55,222 nucleotides of DNA from positions 1 through 55,222 of the IMG/VR virus record IMGVR_UViG_3300012942_000007; one strand, given 5' to 3'. The DNA comes from a virus. Lineage: Duplodnaviria; Caudoviricetes. The notes under the pieces are model-generated. The model was not told the DNA's origin. It saw only the letters and a list, made by a program, of their open reading frames with translations, and did not search any database. Every line of letters begins with the position of its first letter. The first letter of the stretch is position 1. Position numbers and translations under genes: made by a program. This document shows positions 18,308 through 27,290 of this stretch, one piece after another.

Positions 18308-18912
18308 GCGGCCACCTGCAAATCCAAGAGGTGGAAATAAAGCCGCGCGCAGGCCCGAACATCAACAAGCGCATTGTGTGCGCCTTCCAGCTTCTCACCG
18401 AAGAAGTGTTCAATGCACTCTTCAAGCTTCGGCTGCTTCGGTCCCCGGAACCCAGCGGCAAGCATTCGATCCGTTGGCGGCAGGTTCACGATGGGTTGCG
18501 AGGCTTTCATCGTGCAGAAGTTCTTTCCGGATTCGCTGGCCTCGATCTCTTCCCGCGTCATGGCCAGATGGCGCAGCATAGCGATACGCATAATTCGGCG
18601 GTCAAATCCGGAATTGTGCGCGACCTCAACCGTCGCCTGTGCGCGCAGATCAAGAAAGAGATCGGCGACGACGCGCTCGTCAACTCCGCACGATTCCGCA
18701 ATCTCGTTCGTGATCCCATGGATCGCCGCAACTTCATCCGGGATAGTCCAGCCGTCCGGCTTCACGATCAGATCAATGCTGGCCCGCTCGATGCACGTTA
18801 CCGGGTCAACCAGGATTGCGGCGAACTGCACGATGTGAGGTTGATGAGGTGCGTCGCTGGGAGATTTGAAATCGACAAGGCCCGTGGTCTCTGTGTCATA
18901 TACTAAAATCAT
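18304..18912 (-). CDS. DEDDh 3'-5' exonuclease (DnaQ-like)
   Basis: 'DTETTG', 'AHNSGFD', 'AHNALVD'. Confidence 0.9.
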   Translation of the reverse strand: MILVYDTETTGLVDFKSPSDAPHQPHIVQFAAILVDPVTCIERASIDLIVKPDGWTIPDEVAAIHGITNEIAESCGVDERVVADLFLDLRAQATVEVAHNSGFDRRIMRIAMLRHLAMTREEIEASESGKNFCTMKASQPIVNLPPTDRMLAAGFRGPKQPKLEECIEHFFGEKLEGAHNALVDVRACARLYFHLLDLQVAA

Positions 18913-19280
18913 GACGGGATACTTTCGATCTTCTGGGTTTGAGGAATAAATGCGGGCTCGAACGATTTCATGAACCACGCGCGCATTTGAGAAATCTGGC
19001 GCTTCCAATCTACAGGAAGATTATGTTCGCGACGCTCCAATTCGGGCACCATTGCGCGCAAAGCGTCAGCTAGATATTCCGATGTATAGCGCGGGCCAAA
19101 ATGGTAAAGACGAACCTCTCCCACGCGCGCTTCGTCTGGCATGAAATTGTTCCAGATCATGCGCACCGTATAAAAGAGGTGTCGATCAACCATGTCCTTC
19201 ACCGCTATCTCCGGCTCGGCACGCGGTTTCCACTGAAAAGTATTGGCAACTTCTTTGGTGTCTAAAGTGACAAGAGCCAT
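18909..19280 (-). CDS. Hypothetical protein
   Basis: Coupled ORF in early operon. Confidence 0.6.
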   Translation of the reverse strand: MALVTLDTKEVANTFQWKPRAEPEIAVKDMVDRHLFYTVRMIWNNFMPDEARVGEVRLYHFGPRYTSEYLADALRAMVPELERREHNLPVDWKRQISQMRAWFMKSFEPAFIPQTQKIESIPS

Positions 19281-19282
19281 GT

Positions 19283-19507
19283 TTATGCATCCAGCATGAT
19301 GTGAACGAAACCGCTACGCTCGGCGCAGCAGGCACGCTCTGATGAGCCGCTAAGGTCGGGGTCGCCTTCGCGGCGGATCCGCCAGCCGTGTGTCGTGCCG
19401 CAAGGATATTGCGCCTCCGCAAAGCTGACGGCTTGCTCATCACTCCATTCAGCGGGCACGCACACCTGCATGTCGAGGAAGCCATATTTTGTGACTTGAG
19501 CGTTCAT
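19283..19507 (-). CDS. Small Cys-containing hypothetical protein
   Basis: Coupled ORF, 'MQVCVP..W.DEQ...FA....PCGT..GW'. Confidence 0.6.
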   Translation of the reverse strand: MNAQVTKYGFLDMQVCVPAEWSDEQAVSFAEAQYPCGTTHGWRIRREGDPDLSGSSERACCAERSGFVHIMLDA

Positions 19508-19800
19508 GCCGCGTTCTCGATTTCGTCACGAATGATCTCGCGGATTTTGTCTTCCAGCGTCGGCTCAGGTGCGGGCGACGGCGCATCCTCTGGCACGATC
19601 TTGCCGCCGATAAGAGACAGTTCATCGCAGCACTTCCGGCACCATATCTTGTCCTTTGACCGGTCAAGCCACGAATTCAAGAAAGTATTGCGGAAGCGTG
19701 TATCGACATTCTCAACCACGACACCGACGTGCCACATCTGGTTGCTGCTTGGATTCTCGGCGCCGCAGCGGTCGCATTTGTAAATCGTGATGACGGCCAT
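19504..19800 (-). CDS. Zinc-finger hypothetical protein
   Basis: CDRC...CRKC. Confidence 0.6.
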   Translation of the reverse strand: MAVITIYKCDRCGAENPSSNQMWHVGVVVENVDTRFRNTFLNSWLDRSKDKIWCRKCCDELSLIGGKIVPEDAPSPAPEPTLEDKIREIIRDEIENAA

Positions 19801-20135
19801 CAGAAGTGTCCCTCCTCTTCATCGAAGGGTGCCGGGTTAGAGGGCTCCGGAGCGGGAAGGGCGGCGATGGGTACGATACTCAGGATCGACGCCGGAAGCT
19901 GCCACGTGCTTTTCGGCGCTTTGCGCCAGGCGACCTCCGGACTGCATGGGGTAATGCGGTAGATCGAGCCACCGCCCTGCAAAATGGCAGGCAATATGGA
20001 TCCGTTGAAAAGCGGTTCGATCTGCATCATCTTGGTGCCGAAGCATTCAATTTCAGAGATGCGGCCAACGAGTGTCGTGTGGCCAAGCAACTCGACAATG
20101 GCATAGTTGCCTTCGGGCAGTTCATCAGCGGTCAT
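19800..20135 (-). CDS. Hypothetical protein
   Basis: 'AIVELLGH...GRI.E...FG' phage-type ORF. Confidence 0.6.
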   Translation of the reverse strand: MTADELPEGNYAIVELLGHTTLVGRISEIECFGTKMMQIEPLFNGSILPAILQGGGSIYRITPCSPEVAWRKAPKSTWQLPASILSIVPIAALPAPEPSNPAPFDEEEGHF

Positions 20136-21797
20136 TTATGCAGCCTCCTTCACGCCGTGCTCAGCCCGGCCAGCCTCAATCCACACGCTTTCACCAATCC
20201 CGGCCTTGGCCAGATCAGGCATGTCCTCGCGCTTCAGGAGCGTCATCCCGATCACCGCCTGGATGCCCTGGGCCCGAACCGCTGCGAACAGCCCGTTGCG
20301 CCCGGCCTTATCGAGAATGTCAGCCCCGTCGATCACTACGGTCTCGGCGACCTCACGCTGCGCCACCGCGAGCTGCAGCGTGACGCGGGCCCGGTACTGC
20401 TCTCCGGCGCTGCACAGGCTCACCGGCCTGCCGCCGTAGGTGACGGCCATATCGGCATCGACATGCACCGGCTTCCACCCGGCGGAGCGGCACACCGCCA
20501 CCAATTCGCCGTTGAACTCGCCCAGGGCCTCGGCCAGCTTGGTCTGGCGCAGCCCGGTCTTGTCCAGCAGATCGACGATGATGGCGGCGTGCCCGATCTT
20601 GGCGGCCAGGGCGCTGGCATCGATCACGCGGCGCCGCATGTCGGCAACGGCCTGGGACCGAGCCAGTTCAGCGCGGGCGGCGTCAATGGCAGCGGTGTTG
20701 TCCGAGGCCTCGCCCCCGGCAGCTTCCAGCCGGGCCTTGGCGTACTGCGCGGCGCTCAACTTGGCCTCGGCGGCATCCAGATAGCGCTGCGCCAGAGCCG
20801 CGGCTTCCTTGGCCTTGCGTGCGGCTTCGGCGGCAAGGTCCCAGTGCTGGGCGGCTTCCAGCAGGTCGTTATGGTCATCCTTGCCAGCCGCCACCAACGC
20901 GCCATCCCTGAGCCGGACTGCAGCGGAACAGCATGGGCACGCCAGCGGCTCCGCGCCGGGCTGCGGGCGGGCGCCTAGGGCTTCCAGCGCCTTTGCGGCC
21001 TCAAGCTCCCGGTCCAGCTGCGCATCACGGTCTGCCCGCGCTTCGGTTACGGCATCGCGCCGCTTGCCGATCTCATCCGCCTCGGCCTGCCAGGCATCAA
21101 TCTGCGCCTGGGTCGCGCCCTGGTCGCGCTGCGCTTCCTGCAGGGCGTTCTCGGCCCGAGCGATAGCGTCGGCGCAATCCTCGGCGGTCAGCACCTCCAT
21201 GCCAGGCTTCCAGTCTTTGGGACGCCAGCCTTCGGCCTTAGCTTTCCCGTAGCGCTCGCCGGTCGTCTGTTCCCAGCGGCCTTTGATCTTGGCACCGCCC
21301 TCCTTGAAATAGGCGTGCGCGGCGTCCCAGCCCTTGGGCAGTTGCTTCACCGCCTCGTCGATCACGTCCGCTGGGAGGGCTTGCTCCACCAGCGCGGCAC
21401 GTAGATCGTCCGCCGTGGGCGTGGCGCCGATCAGGTTAATCAGCGTCTCGGCGCGCTCGGCAGGCTTGATGGCGGCGAGATCGATCAACCCGGCCGCGAC
21501 CGGGGAGATATCCTTCCAGATGCCGGTGGTGGAGCGCTCGGCGGCTGGCCACGTCACGGATGCGGTGCCGACGCCGGTTTCAAGCTCGACCGCAGCCAGG
21601 TCGGCCCCGTCGCGCACCAGCAGGCCTGCGGCCTTTTTGGTCAGCCCCTCGGGCAGCAGCGCGCCAGATGCAGCGGCGGCGACGGCCATGCAGGCAGAAG
21701 ATTTGCCCGCCCCGTTGGACCCGGCCAGGAGCAGCAGAGGGGCGGCGCTGGCGCGCAGGTCCGCGAGGCCCCTGAAATTTGAAACGGAAATCTTCAT
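20136..21797 (-). CDS. Rad50/SbcC-like ABC ATPase
   Basis: Walker A GSNGAGKS, central CPCC hook in coiled coil, signature SAGE, Walker B VVIDGAD. Confidence 0.82.
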   Translation of the reverse strand: MKISVSNFRGLADLRASAAPLLLLAGSNGAGKSSACMAVAAAASGALLPEGLTKKAAGLLVRDGADLAAVELETGVGTASVTWPAAERSTTGIWKDISPVAAGLIDLAAIKPAERAETLINLIGATPTADDLRAALVEQALPADVIDEAVKQLPKGWDAAHAYFKEGGAKIKGRWEQTTGERYGKAKAEGWRPKDWKPGMEVLTAEDCADAIARAENALQEAQRDQGATQAQIDAWQAEADEIGKRRDAVTEARADRDAQLDRELEAAKALEALGARPQPGAEPLACPCCSAAVRLRDGALVAAGKDDHNDLLEAAQHWDLAAEAARKAKEAAALAQRYLDAAEAKLSAAQYAKARLEAAGGEASDNTAAIDAARAELARSQAVADMRRRVIDASALAAKIGHAAIIVDLLDKTGLRQTKLAEALGEFNGELVAVCRSAGWKPVHVDADMAVTYGGRPVSLCSAGEQYRARVTLQLAVAQREVAETVVIDGADILDKAGRNGLFAAVRAQGIQAVIGMTLLKREDMPDLAKAGIGESVWIEAGRAEHGVKEAA

Positions 21798-22780
21798 GAG
21801 AACAGCTCCTGCGGGCCGTTGGCGACGTAGGCCGGGACTTCATCGGCCGGCTGCGCTTCGGTGGGGATGGTGACGCCTGGCGCTTTGTCCTGTTCGATGG
21901 CAGTCGGCTCGGCCTGGATTTCTTCGGCTTCATCCTCGGCACCAATGGTAAATTCGCCCTCGATGACTGCGCCCAGGCCTTGCGTCTCGTTCCGGTCCGC
22001 CCGCTCATCCAGCGCCGCGGCGTTGGCAAGTTCAATGCTCATCGGCAGGTATTTGCACAGACGCCGGATGACGGTCTTGCGCCCCATCTCTTCGTAATTG
22101 GTGGCCCAAGGGGTGTTGGGTCGCTCGCCCTGCTTGGCGTAGCGCATGGCGGTGCGGTATCCCTGGGAACCGTCGCGGATCTGGTTCACCTCGCTGGCCG
22201 CCATGAATTCAAGCTGCGTGCCGCCATCCTTGAGCTTAGCCACGGCGTAAAATCCGACGATCTTGCCGCGCTCGCCGTCCAGTTTCGGCTTGTGCATAAT
22301 ACTCTCGTCAGTCCCGAACGATACCTCGAACGGATCATTCTCAAAAACCGGATGAGAGCTAATGCTCACGATCTCGCCGGAGCGGCGCGCAAGGTCGATC
22401 AGGCCCTTATATCCGACGACGATCTGAACCTCCGTAATGCCCTTCTTCTTGTTCTCGAAGGGGATCAGGTAGATATGGCCCTGCGGTGTGTTCGGCTCCA
22501 GGCCGAGCTGGGCGCACGTCACCACGGCACCGAACAGCGATGATAGCGTGCATTGCATCAGCTTCGGCGTGGTACGCAGGGCACGCAATGCAATCTTCAT
22601 CATTCGATCCGGCGTCATATGCTGCGGTAGGACTGCCTTGATGGCGTCCTTGTTGGCCTCAAAGAAATCAGAGACCAGGGTGCCGCCAGCGTCTTTGGCG
22701 ACTAAAGCGCCAGCCTTTTTAATCTCAGCCAGTTTGCCCGGCTCTACCAGCTTGGGGCGTTGTGTGGTGGTCGAGCTCAT
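21794..22780 (-). CDS. recT: RecT family ssDNA annealing protein
   Basis: 'AQLGLEPN...G..YLIPF', 'GYKGLIDLARRSG', 'EM.RKTVIRRL.KYLP.S'. Confidence 0.93.
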   Translation of the reverse strand: MSSTTTQRPKLVEPGKLAEIKKAGALVAKDAGGTLVSDFFEANKDAIKAVLPQHMTPDRMMKIALRALRTTPKLMQCTLSSLFGAVVTCAQLGLEPNTPQGHIYLIPFENKKKGITEVQIVVGYKGLIDLARRSGEIVSISSHPVFENDPFEVSFGTDESIMHKPKLDGERGKIVGFYAVAKLKDGGTQLEFMAASEVNQIRDGSQGYRTAMRYAKQGERPNTPWATNYEEMGRKTVIRRLCKYLPMSIELANAAALDERADRNETQGLGAVIEGEFTIGAEDEAEEIQAEPTAIEQDKAPGVTIPTEAQPADEVPAYVANGPQELFS

Positions 22781-23622
22781 TCGTCGATTTCCTTCTTATG
22801 TTCAGTGCAGAATTGCGTGCCATGCGCCGGGCACCATTTCGCCGAGCAAAGCATGCTGCTTGGGTTGCTTGCGAAAGCCCAGGCATCACCGGGCAAGATG
22901 CCGGTTGTCTCATCGCCCTCACGGAATACCTTAAGATCGCCGTGGATATGCCGCAGCACGTTGACAGCGGCATTCTCGGCCTGGGCCAGCGCATAAGGCG
23001 TCGTTACCGGCTCCGGCTGCGGCTTGCTTACCGGAACGCGCTGGATGAATTTTACCGCCGCCTCGTTCACCGGCAGACCGTGGCTTTTCGAGAGCAGGCT
23101 GTAAGCGCCGATCTGCGGGGCGTGCATGGACTGGCGCTTACCTGTCTTCAAATCTAGCAACCGCCCAGGCTCGCGGGCCAGAACGTCGCTCTGTCCGGTC
23201 AGCACGAGCCCGAATCCCGTGTCGGCTTCCATGCGCTCTTCCACGATCACCGGCTCAGTCTCCGGCACCACGGCGCGCTGGAAGGTATCGACCATGCGCA
23301 CAATCTGCATTTCGGCCGCGTTGCCGGTGGGCGTTTCGCGGTCAAACATCATGCCTTCCTCGGCAATCGTCCGGTATTCCTCCACCGCGCAATCCGTGGC
23401 GGCGCTCAGCGGGGCCGGGCTGCCGCGCTCCATCTTTTCACGCAGCGTCATGGCCGCCGCTGCATGCACGGCCGTACCGATGGTCGCGCCGATATTGCGG
23501 GCGGTCTCGCGCAAGTCGTACCCGGCAGCGAGGATTTCAGCCTTGAACAGCTTGGCGGCGGCGCGGCGCGGGCAGTCGGAGTAAGAAGATAATGCAGACG
23601 CTCGAATTTTCGTTTCAATCAT
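22777..23622 (-). CDS. PD-(D/E)XK exonuclease (Cas4/RecB-like)
   Basis: 'LTGQSD', 'DLKTG', 'Q...Y'; one N-terminal and three C-terminal Cys (Fe-S type). Confidence 0.8.
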   Translation of the reverse strand: MIETKIRASALSSYSDCPRRAAAKLFKAEILAAGYDLRETARNIGATIGTAVHAAAAMTLREKMERGSPAPLSAATDCAVEEYRTIAEEGMMFDRETPTGNAAEMQIVRMVDTFQRAVVPETEPVIVEERMEADTGFGLVLTGQSDVLAREPGRLLDLKTGKRQSMHAPQIGAYSLLSKSHGLPVNEAAVKFIQRVPVSKPQPEPVTTPYALAQAENAAVNVLRHIHGDLKVFREGDETTGILPGDAWAFASNPSSMLCSAKWCPAHGTQFCTEHKKEIDE

Positions 23623-24425
23623 AACAATACCTCGCGACGGGATCCTTTTTTCAAGTTATCAACGGCCCACATCGGCCTTAAATTACTCAAAGCCCAGCAG
23701 GCTCGTAATTCAGGATCATCGAATCCCTTAATATTAAAAGAGGACACGGGACGAATGTGATCTATGTGGATCATCCCCTCTCTAAATTTCCTCCACGTCA
23801 TTCCTTTTTTGAATTGACGCTCAATGTGCTTCTCAAGGTCATTGGGGGTGTAACCAAGAATGTGAAAAATCCGACGCCTATTTTTCCCATCACGAAGCAG
23901 GGAATTAATGGCGCGAGAGACCCTATTATGGATCGTACCCCCTACAGTAGCCCGACGCTTGGCGGTTTGTTTTCTCGCCTGTTCTCGGCGCTTTTCACGG
24001 TTCGTTTTTGCCCACGCCTTATATTTTTCAGTCATGCGATAAAGACGTTGAGCTTCTCGTTTGCGCTCCTTAATATCTGAACGTGCGCTGTAAGCCTTTT
24101 CATAGGCTTTTCGCTTTTCTAAATTTTCAGGCTTTTGGCGCCAAGCTTTAGATGCGGCCCTTTGTTTTTCTTGCACAACCTCTATAGGCGCGCCCTTGGG
24201 CCCCTTTCCCTTCCTATTCGCAGAGAGCTTTGCGCGCTGTTCGGGTGTCCAGTTTTGGTTGCGCTTTTTGGCCTGCTCGGAGAGTTGCTTCCTACGCTCT
24301 GGCTTATTAGCGGACGCAACCCGAGATGCGTGTTGCATTTCTTTGTAAGCGGGATCAGACCAAAGGATTTTCATCCTCTCCGACCTAGACAAAGCGCTGG
24401 CTCGGACAAACGCAGGATCGCTCAC
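23619..24425 (-). CDS. HNH endonuclease (homing-type)
   Basis: 'L..HIE.QF..GM.W', 'HIDHIRP...F', 'NL.PMWA.DNL.K'; AT-richer than neighbours. Confidence 0.78.
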   Translation of the reverse strand: MSDPAFVRASALSRSERMKILWSDPAYKEMQHASRVASANKPERRKQLSEQAKKRNQNWTPEQRAKLSANRKGKGPKGAPIEVVQEKQRAASKAWRQKPENLEKRKAYEKAYSARSDIKERKREAQRLYRMTEKYKAWAKTNREKRREQARKQTAKRRATVGGTIHNRVSRAINSLLRDGKNRRRIFHILGYTPNDLEKHIERQFKKGMTWRKFREGMIHIDHIRPVSSFNIKGFDDPELRACWALSNLRPMWAVDNLKKGSRREVLL

Positions 24426-25210
24426 CGCACCACCTCCGCCGCCGCAATTGCAAGCCGCTCATTGTGACGCCGGGCGGCGCTGTGAGTCTTGGCGATCTCC
24501 GCCGGCAGCTTATGCGTGTAGCCCTCCAGGTACAGCCAGTCGCCCACGCTGGTCAGCGTCTCCGGCAACGGGTGCGTGTAGCCCCGCAGGTCCAGCCCGC
24601 CGCCCACGCTGGTCAGCGTCTCCGGCAACGGGTGCGTGTAGCCCCGCAGGTCCAGCCCGCCGCCCACGCTGGTCAGCGTCTCCGGCAACGGGTGCGTGTA
24701 GCCCCGCAGGTCCAGCCAGCCGCCCACGCTGGTCAGCGTCTCCGGCAGCGGGTGCGTGTAGCCCTCCAGGTACAGCCAGCCGCCCACGCTGGTCAGCGTC
24801 TCCGGCAGCGGGTGCGTGTAGCCCTCCAGGTACAGCCAGTCGCCCACGCTGGTCAGCGTCTCCGGCAACGGGTGCGTGTAGCCCCGCAGGTCCAGCCAGC
24901 CGCCCACGCTGGTCAGCGTCTCCGGCAACGGGTGCGTGTAGCCCCGCAGGTCCAGCCCGCCGCCCACGCTGGTCAGCGTCTCCGGCAGCTTAATCTGATG
25001 AGATATGAGGTTACTCAACAGCCAGTCAGCGTCATCGTTTCTGTCGCGCCGCGCGCAGGCTTGCAGAGTCTCCTTAATGGTTGCGGAATCCGACTTAAAC
25101 TCGGAAAGAAAAAACCGAAGGCCGGATTTGCACGCTTGCCACTCGCTAAGAAGCTTGCTGGTGATAAGAAATTCAGAGGAAGCGGGTGTATCCACAGATA
25201 AAACATCCAT
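24422..25210 (-). CDS. LRR-like 20-aa tandem repeat protein
   Basis: 8 copies of LPETLTSVG[G/D][G/W]L[D/Y]L[R/E]GYTHP; GGAG RBS. Confidence 0.8.
   Translation of the reverse strand: MDVLSVDTPASSEFLITSKLLSEWQACKSGLRFFLSEFKSDSATIKETLQACARRDRNDDADWLLSNLISHQIKLPETLTSVGGGLDLRGYTHPLPETLTSVGGWLDLRGYTHPLPETLTSVGDWLYLEGYTHPLPETLTSVGGWLYLEGYTHPLPETLTSVGGWLDLRGYTHPLPETLTSVGGGLDLRGYTHPLPETLTSVGGGLDLRGYTHPLPETLTSVGDWLYLEGYTHKLPAEIAKTHSAARRHNERLAIAAAEVVR
24502..24990. repeat. 60-bp tandem repeat, about 8 units
   Basis: Near-identical 60-bp units in register, coding on the minus strand. Confidence 0.95.
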
Positions 25211-25486
25211 GATGAAACTCCAAAAAAATGATTTGCGGGAAATCAGAACTGGCCGTAGCGCGCGGGCGTAACGACGGCCCTGCGATTACTGCGCGGCGTG
25301 CGCCAGATATTCACCCAGGCCCGCATGACGCCGACTGGCACGGCGTACGCAGCGGAAACAATCAGCACGTACCAGACAAAGCAAAGGACCGGATGTGCGT
25401 TCAGGTAGTTGAAAAAGGGTTCCATCCCAAAATCTCCAGGCCACAGCACAGCAGGGCCAGATACGTGAAAAGAAAACATGCGTCGT

Positions 25487-25768
25487 TCAGGACGCGCACA
25501 GCCGGTTCGCCTCAAGCTGGCGCCTCATGTCCCATAGAGTGCAAAAATGCTCGCGCCATTCCGTAATCTCCCGGCGCCAAGCAGCGCGGCGAACACGAAG
25601 CGGATAGCGCTTGAGGTGCGCCATGATCTCGCGGCGCAGATCGGCCCACGTCTCCGGGTCATTGGCGTGCAATTGGATGCGGTGATCCAGCGCGATCAGT
25701 TCCTCGTAGCGCTCATCGGCATAACTGTTCACCAGCGCGGCGATTTCGGTTTCCCAGAGCGCGGGCAT
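25487..25768 (-). CDS. Hypothetical protein
   Basis: TAATG coupling with upstream gene. Confidence 0.55.
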   Translation of the reverse strand: MPALWETEIAALVNSYADERYEELIALDHRIQLHANDPETWADLRREIMAHLKRYPLRVRRAAWRREITEWREHFCTLWDMRRQLEANRLCAS

Positions 25769-26145
25769 TATGCGGGCTCCCCATACTGGCAAATCTCACG
25801 TGACGGCTTCGCGGTAGGGTCCAAAATCAGCGCCCGCAGTTCGTCGCGGACCCGTTCCCATGCAGCCCGGCGCCGATAAGTTCTAGCCCGGTCATCCGCC
25901 GCTTCCTCGTCGTCCAGGATCGGAAACCGCCTGCGGTAGGCGTCATATTCTGGCAGCGCCATGGGGGCTTCTGACAGATGGTATTCGAGCAGTTCCCACA
26001 GCGTGTTGCGGGCGCGGTCGATGTTTCCGAGCCGGGCTTGCCTGCCGGCGTCAATGATATCTTCTTCATAGCGCGTGATCTGGCGAGGTTCTTGCGGCGC
26101 CTCGCCGAAATATACGCGCTCTGCGTAGGTTGAGTGTCCCATCAC
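25768..26145 (-). CDS. Hypothetical protein
   Basis: Coupled ORF in early operon. Confidence 0.55.
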   Translation of the reverse strand: MMGHSTYAERVYFGEAPQEPRQITRYEEDIIDAGRQARLGNIDRARNTLWELLEYHLSEAPMALPEYDAYRRRFPILDDEEAADDRARTYRRRAAWERVRDELRALILDPTAKPSREICQYGEPA

Positions 26146-26450
26146 ACGCCCTCCGGCCGGGCCAGCGTCTGCATCGCAAAAGCCTGGATGCGGCGACCAT
26201 GGCCCCAGAACACCGCTTCGGCGTCACCGTCCTCGGCGCAGATCGTCACGCGATCCTGCTGGGCGATAAGTTCCGCAGCGTCGGCGAAAAAACCTGGATC
26301 CAGCGTCTCAGCCAGGGATCCGTTTTGCCGGTAATGCCAATGCGTGAAGCCGCTGGCGTACATCAGTACGGACAGATTGCGGTGTAAAAACGGCCCTTGT
26401 GGCCAGGCCTGCGTCAGGGCAGGACGAGAGATATTGGCGGGCTTGTTCAT
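26142..26450 (-). CDS. Conserved hypothetical protein
   Basis: 'LSVL.YA.GFT.WHY' motif recalled from alphaproteobacterial hypotheticals; GGAGG RBS. Confidence 0.65.
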   Translation of the reverse strand: MNKPANISRPALTQAWPQGPFLHRNLSVLMYASGFTHWHYRQNGSLAETLDPGFFADAAELIAQQDRVTICAEDGDAEAVFWGHGRRIQAFAMQTLARPEGV

Positions 26451-26453
26451 GGT

Positions 26454-26855
26454 TTAGCCCTCCGCAGCGGCAGGCTGTTCACCCGCCGCTGCGTTGGCTA
26501 CTGTTTCGGTGTCCAAACCAGAAACAGGAGTTGTGTTATGAGCGATGCTACCCGCGAAGCGGTCATCTATCAGGTTGTGAAGGATATCGCATTGGCCGAG
26601 GGAAAGCACTTCGGCCCCACAAACGCTAATGTCACCAGAGAATATCTCTTGCGACTCATCGTTGAGGTTGCTTCTGCTTTTAATGAGAGGATCAGGAAGG
26701 ACCGCCCCCTCCAACACGAATAATTCAAAAGTGCGTGCACTGGACGTGATTTCCGGTGCACGCGACGGCAAAGAATACATCGAGTGTAGCGCTGTCGCCT
26801 GCTCTACCGCCCAAATGCGAACGGCTTGCTCAACGGTAAGGTCTCGGTGGTTCAT
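26454..26855 (-). CDS. First gene of leftward early operon, hypothetical
   Basis: AAGGA RBS just downstream of PL. Confidence 0.55.
   Translation of the reverse strand: MNHRDLTVEQAVRIWAVEQATALHSMYSLPSRAPEITSSARTFELFVLEGAVLPDPLIKSRSNLNDESQEIFSGDISVCGAEVLSLGQCDILHNLIDDRFAGSIAHNTTPVSGLDTETVANAAAGEQPAAAEG
26538..26723 (+). CDS. Small helical protein antisense to first PL gene
   Basis: AGGAG RBS 7 nt before ATG; amphipathic protein-like sequence. Confidence 0.5.
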   Translation: MSDATREAVIYQVVKDIALAEGKHFGPTNANVTREYLLRLIVEVASAFNERIRKDRPLQHE

Positions 26856-26893
26856 GGCGTCCTTTCATGAGGCGGGGCCTCGGGTGTGAGAGG

Positions 26894-26945
26894 ATAATGG
26901 GGTAAATATCCCGCTTCGTCAACACAAAAAGAGGGAAATAAACCG
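26894..26945 (-). promoter_or_regulatory. PL promoter with OL operators
   Basis: TTGACG-17-CATTAT on minus strand; operators GGGTAAATATCCC and GGGAAATAAACCG match the OR sites. Confidence 0.7.
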
Positions 26946-27009
26946 CATTTTATTTCCACCCCACCCGCGCTCGCGTTATTCGTGCCCCTGCCGGTGGGCG
27001 GCGGACACG

Positions 27010-27033
27010 AAAAAACCCCGCCGAAGCGGGGTT
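27010..27033 (-). terminator. Intrinsic terminator ending the cI/gtr transcript
   Basis: AACCCCGC-CGAA-GCGGGGTT hairpin, U-run on minus strand. Confidence 0.85.
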
Positions 27034-27149
27034 GAGAGGCGCTATGCTGAAAGACCTACAGCATCGCTTGAAATGGTGGAGCGCCCGAGACTGGGGGCTA
27101 AGAGATATACTGAGGCCTAGAAGGCGACGGTGAGGGCGCGAGTGCGGCT

Positions 27150-27290
27150 TTAAAACCAGCGAAGCCTATGGACCATTACCGGGTCGCCGATCTGCGCCTC
27201 ATCCAGCCGCCGCTTCCCGTTCAGCCAGGTTGCGGGGTGGGGCTGGAAGCGTTCCCGGAGAGGGCAAAAGCTATCGGTGACCGTTCCCAT
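27150..27290 (-). pseudogene. 46-aa ORF, relic of replication-initiator C-terminus
   Basis: 'FQPHPATWLNGKRRLDE'; TAATG coupled to gtr. Confidence 0.4.

Noticed and set aside
22777-23622. Cas4 as part of a CRISPR system
   Set aside because: It is coupled to recT as the exonuclease of a recombination pair; no array or cas1
24502-24990. CRISPR array or DGR template/variable repeat
   Set aside because: Units are contiguous in-frame coding repeats without unique spacers; variation is not adenine-specific; no reverse transcriptase or cas operon is present
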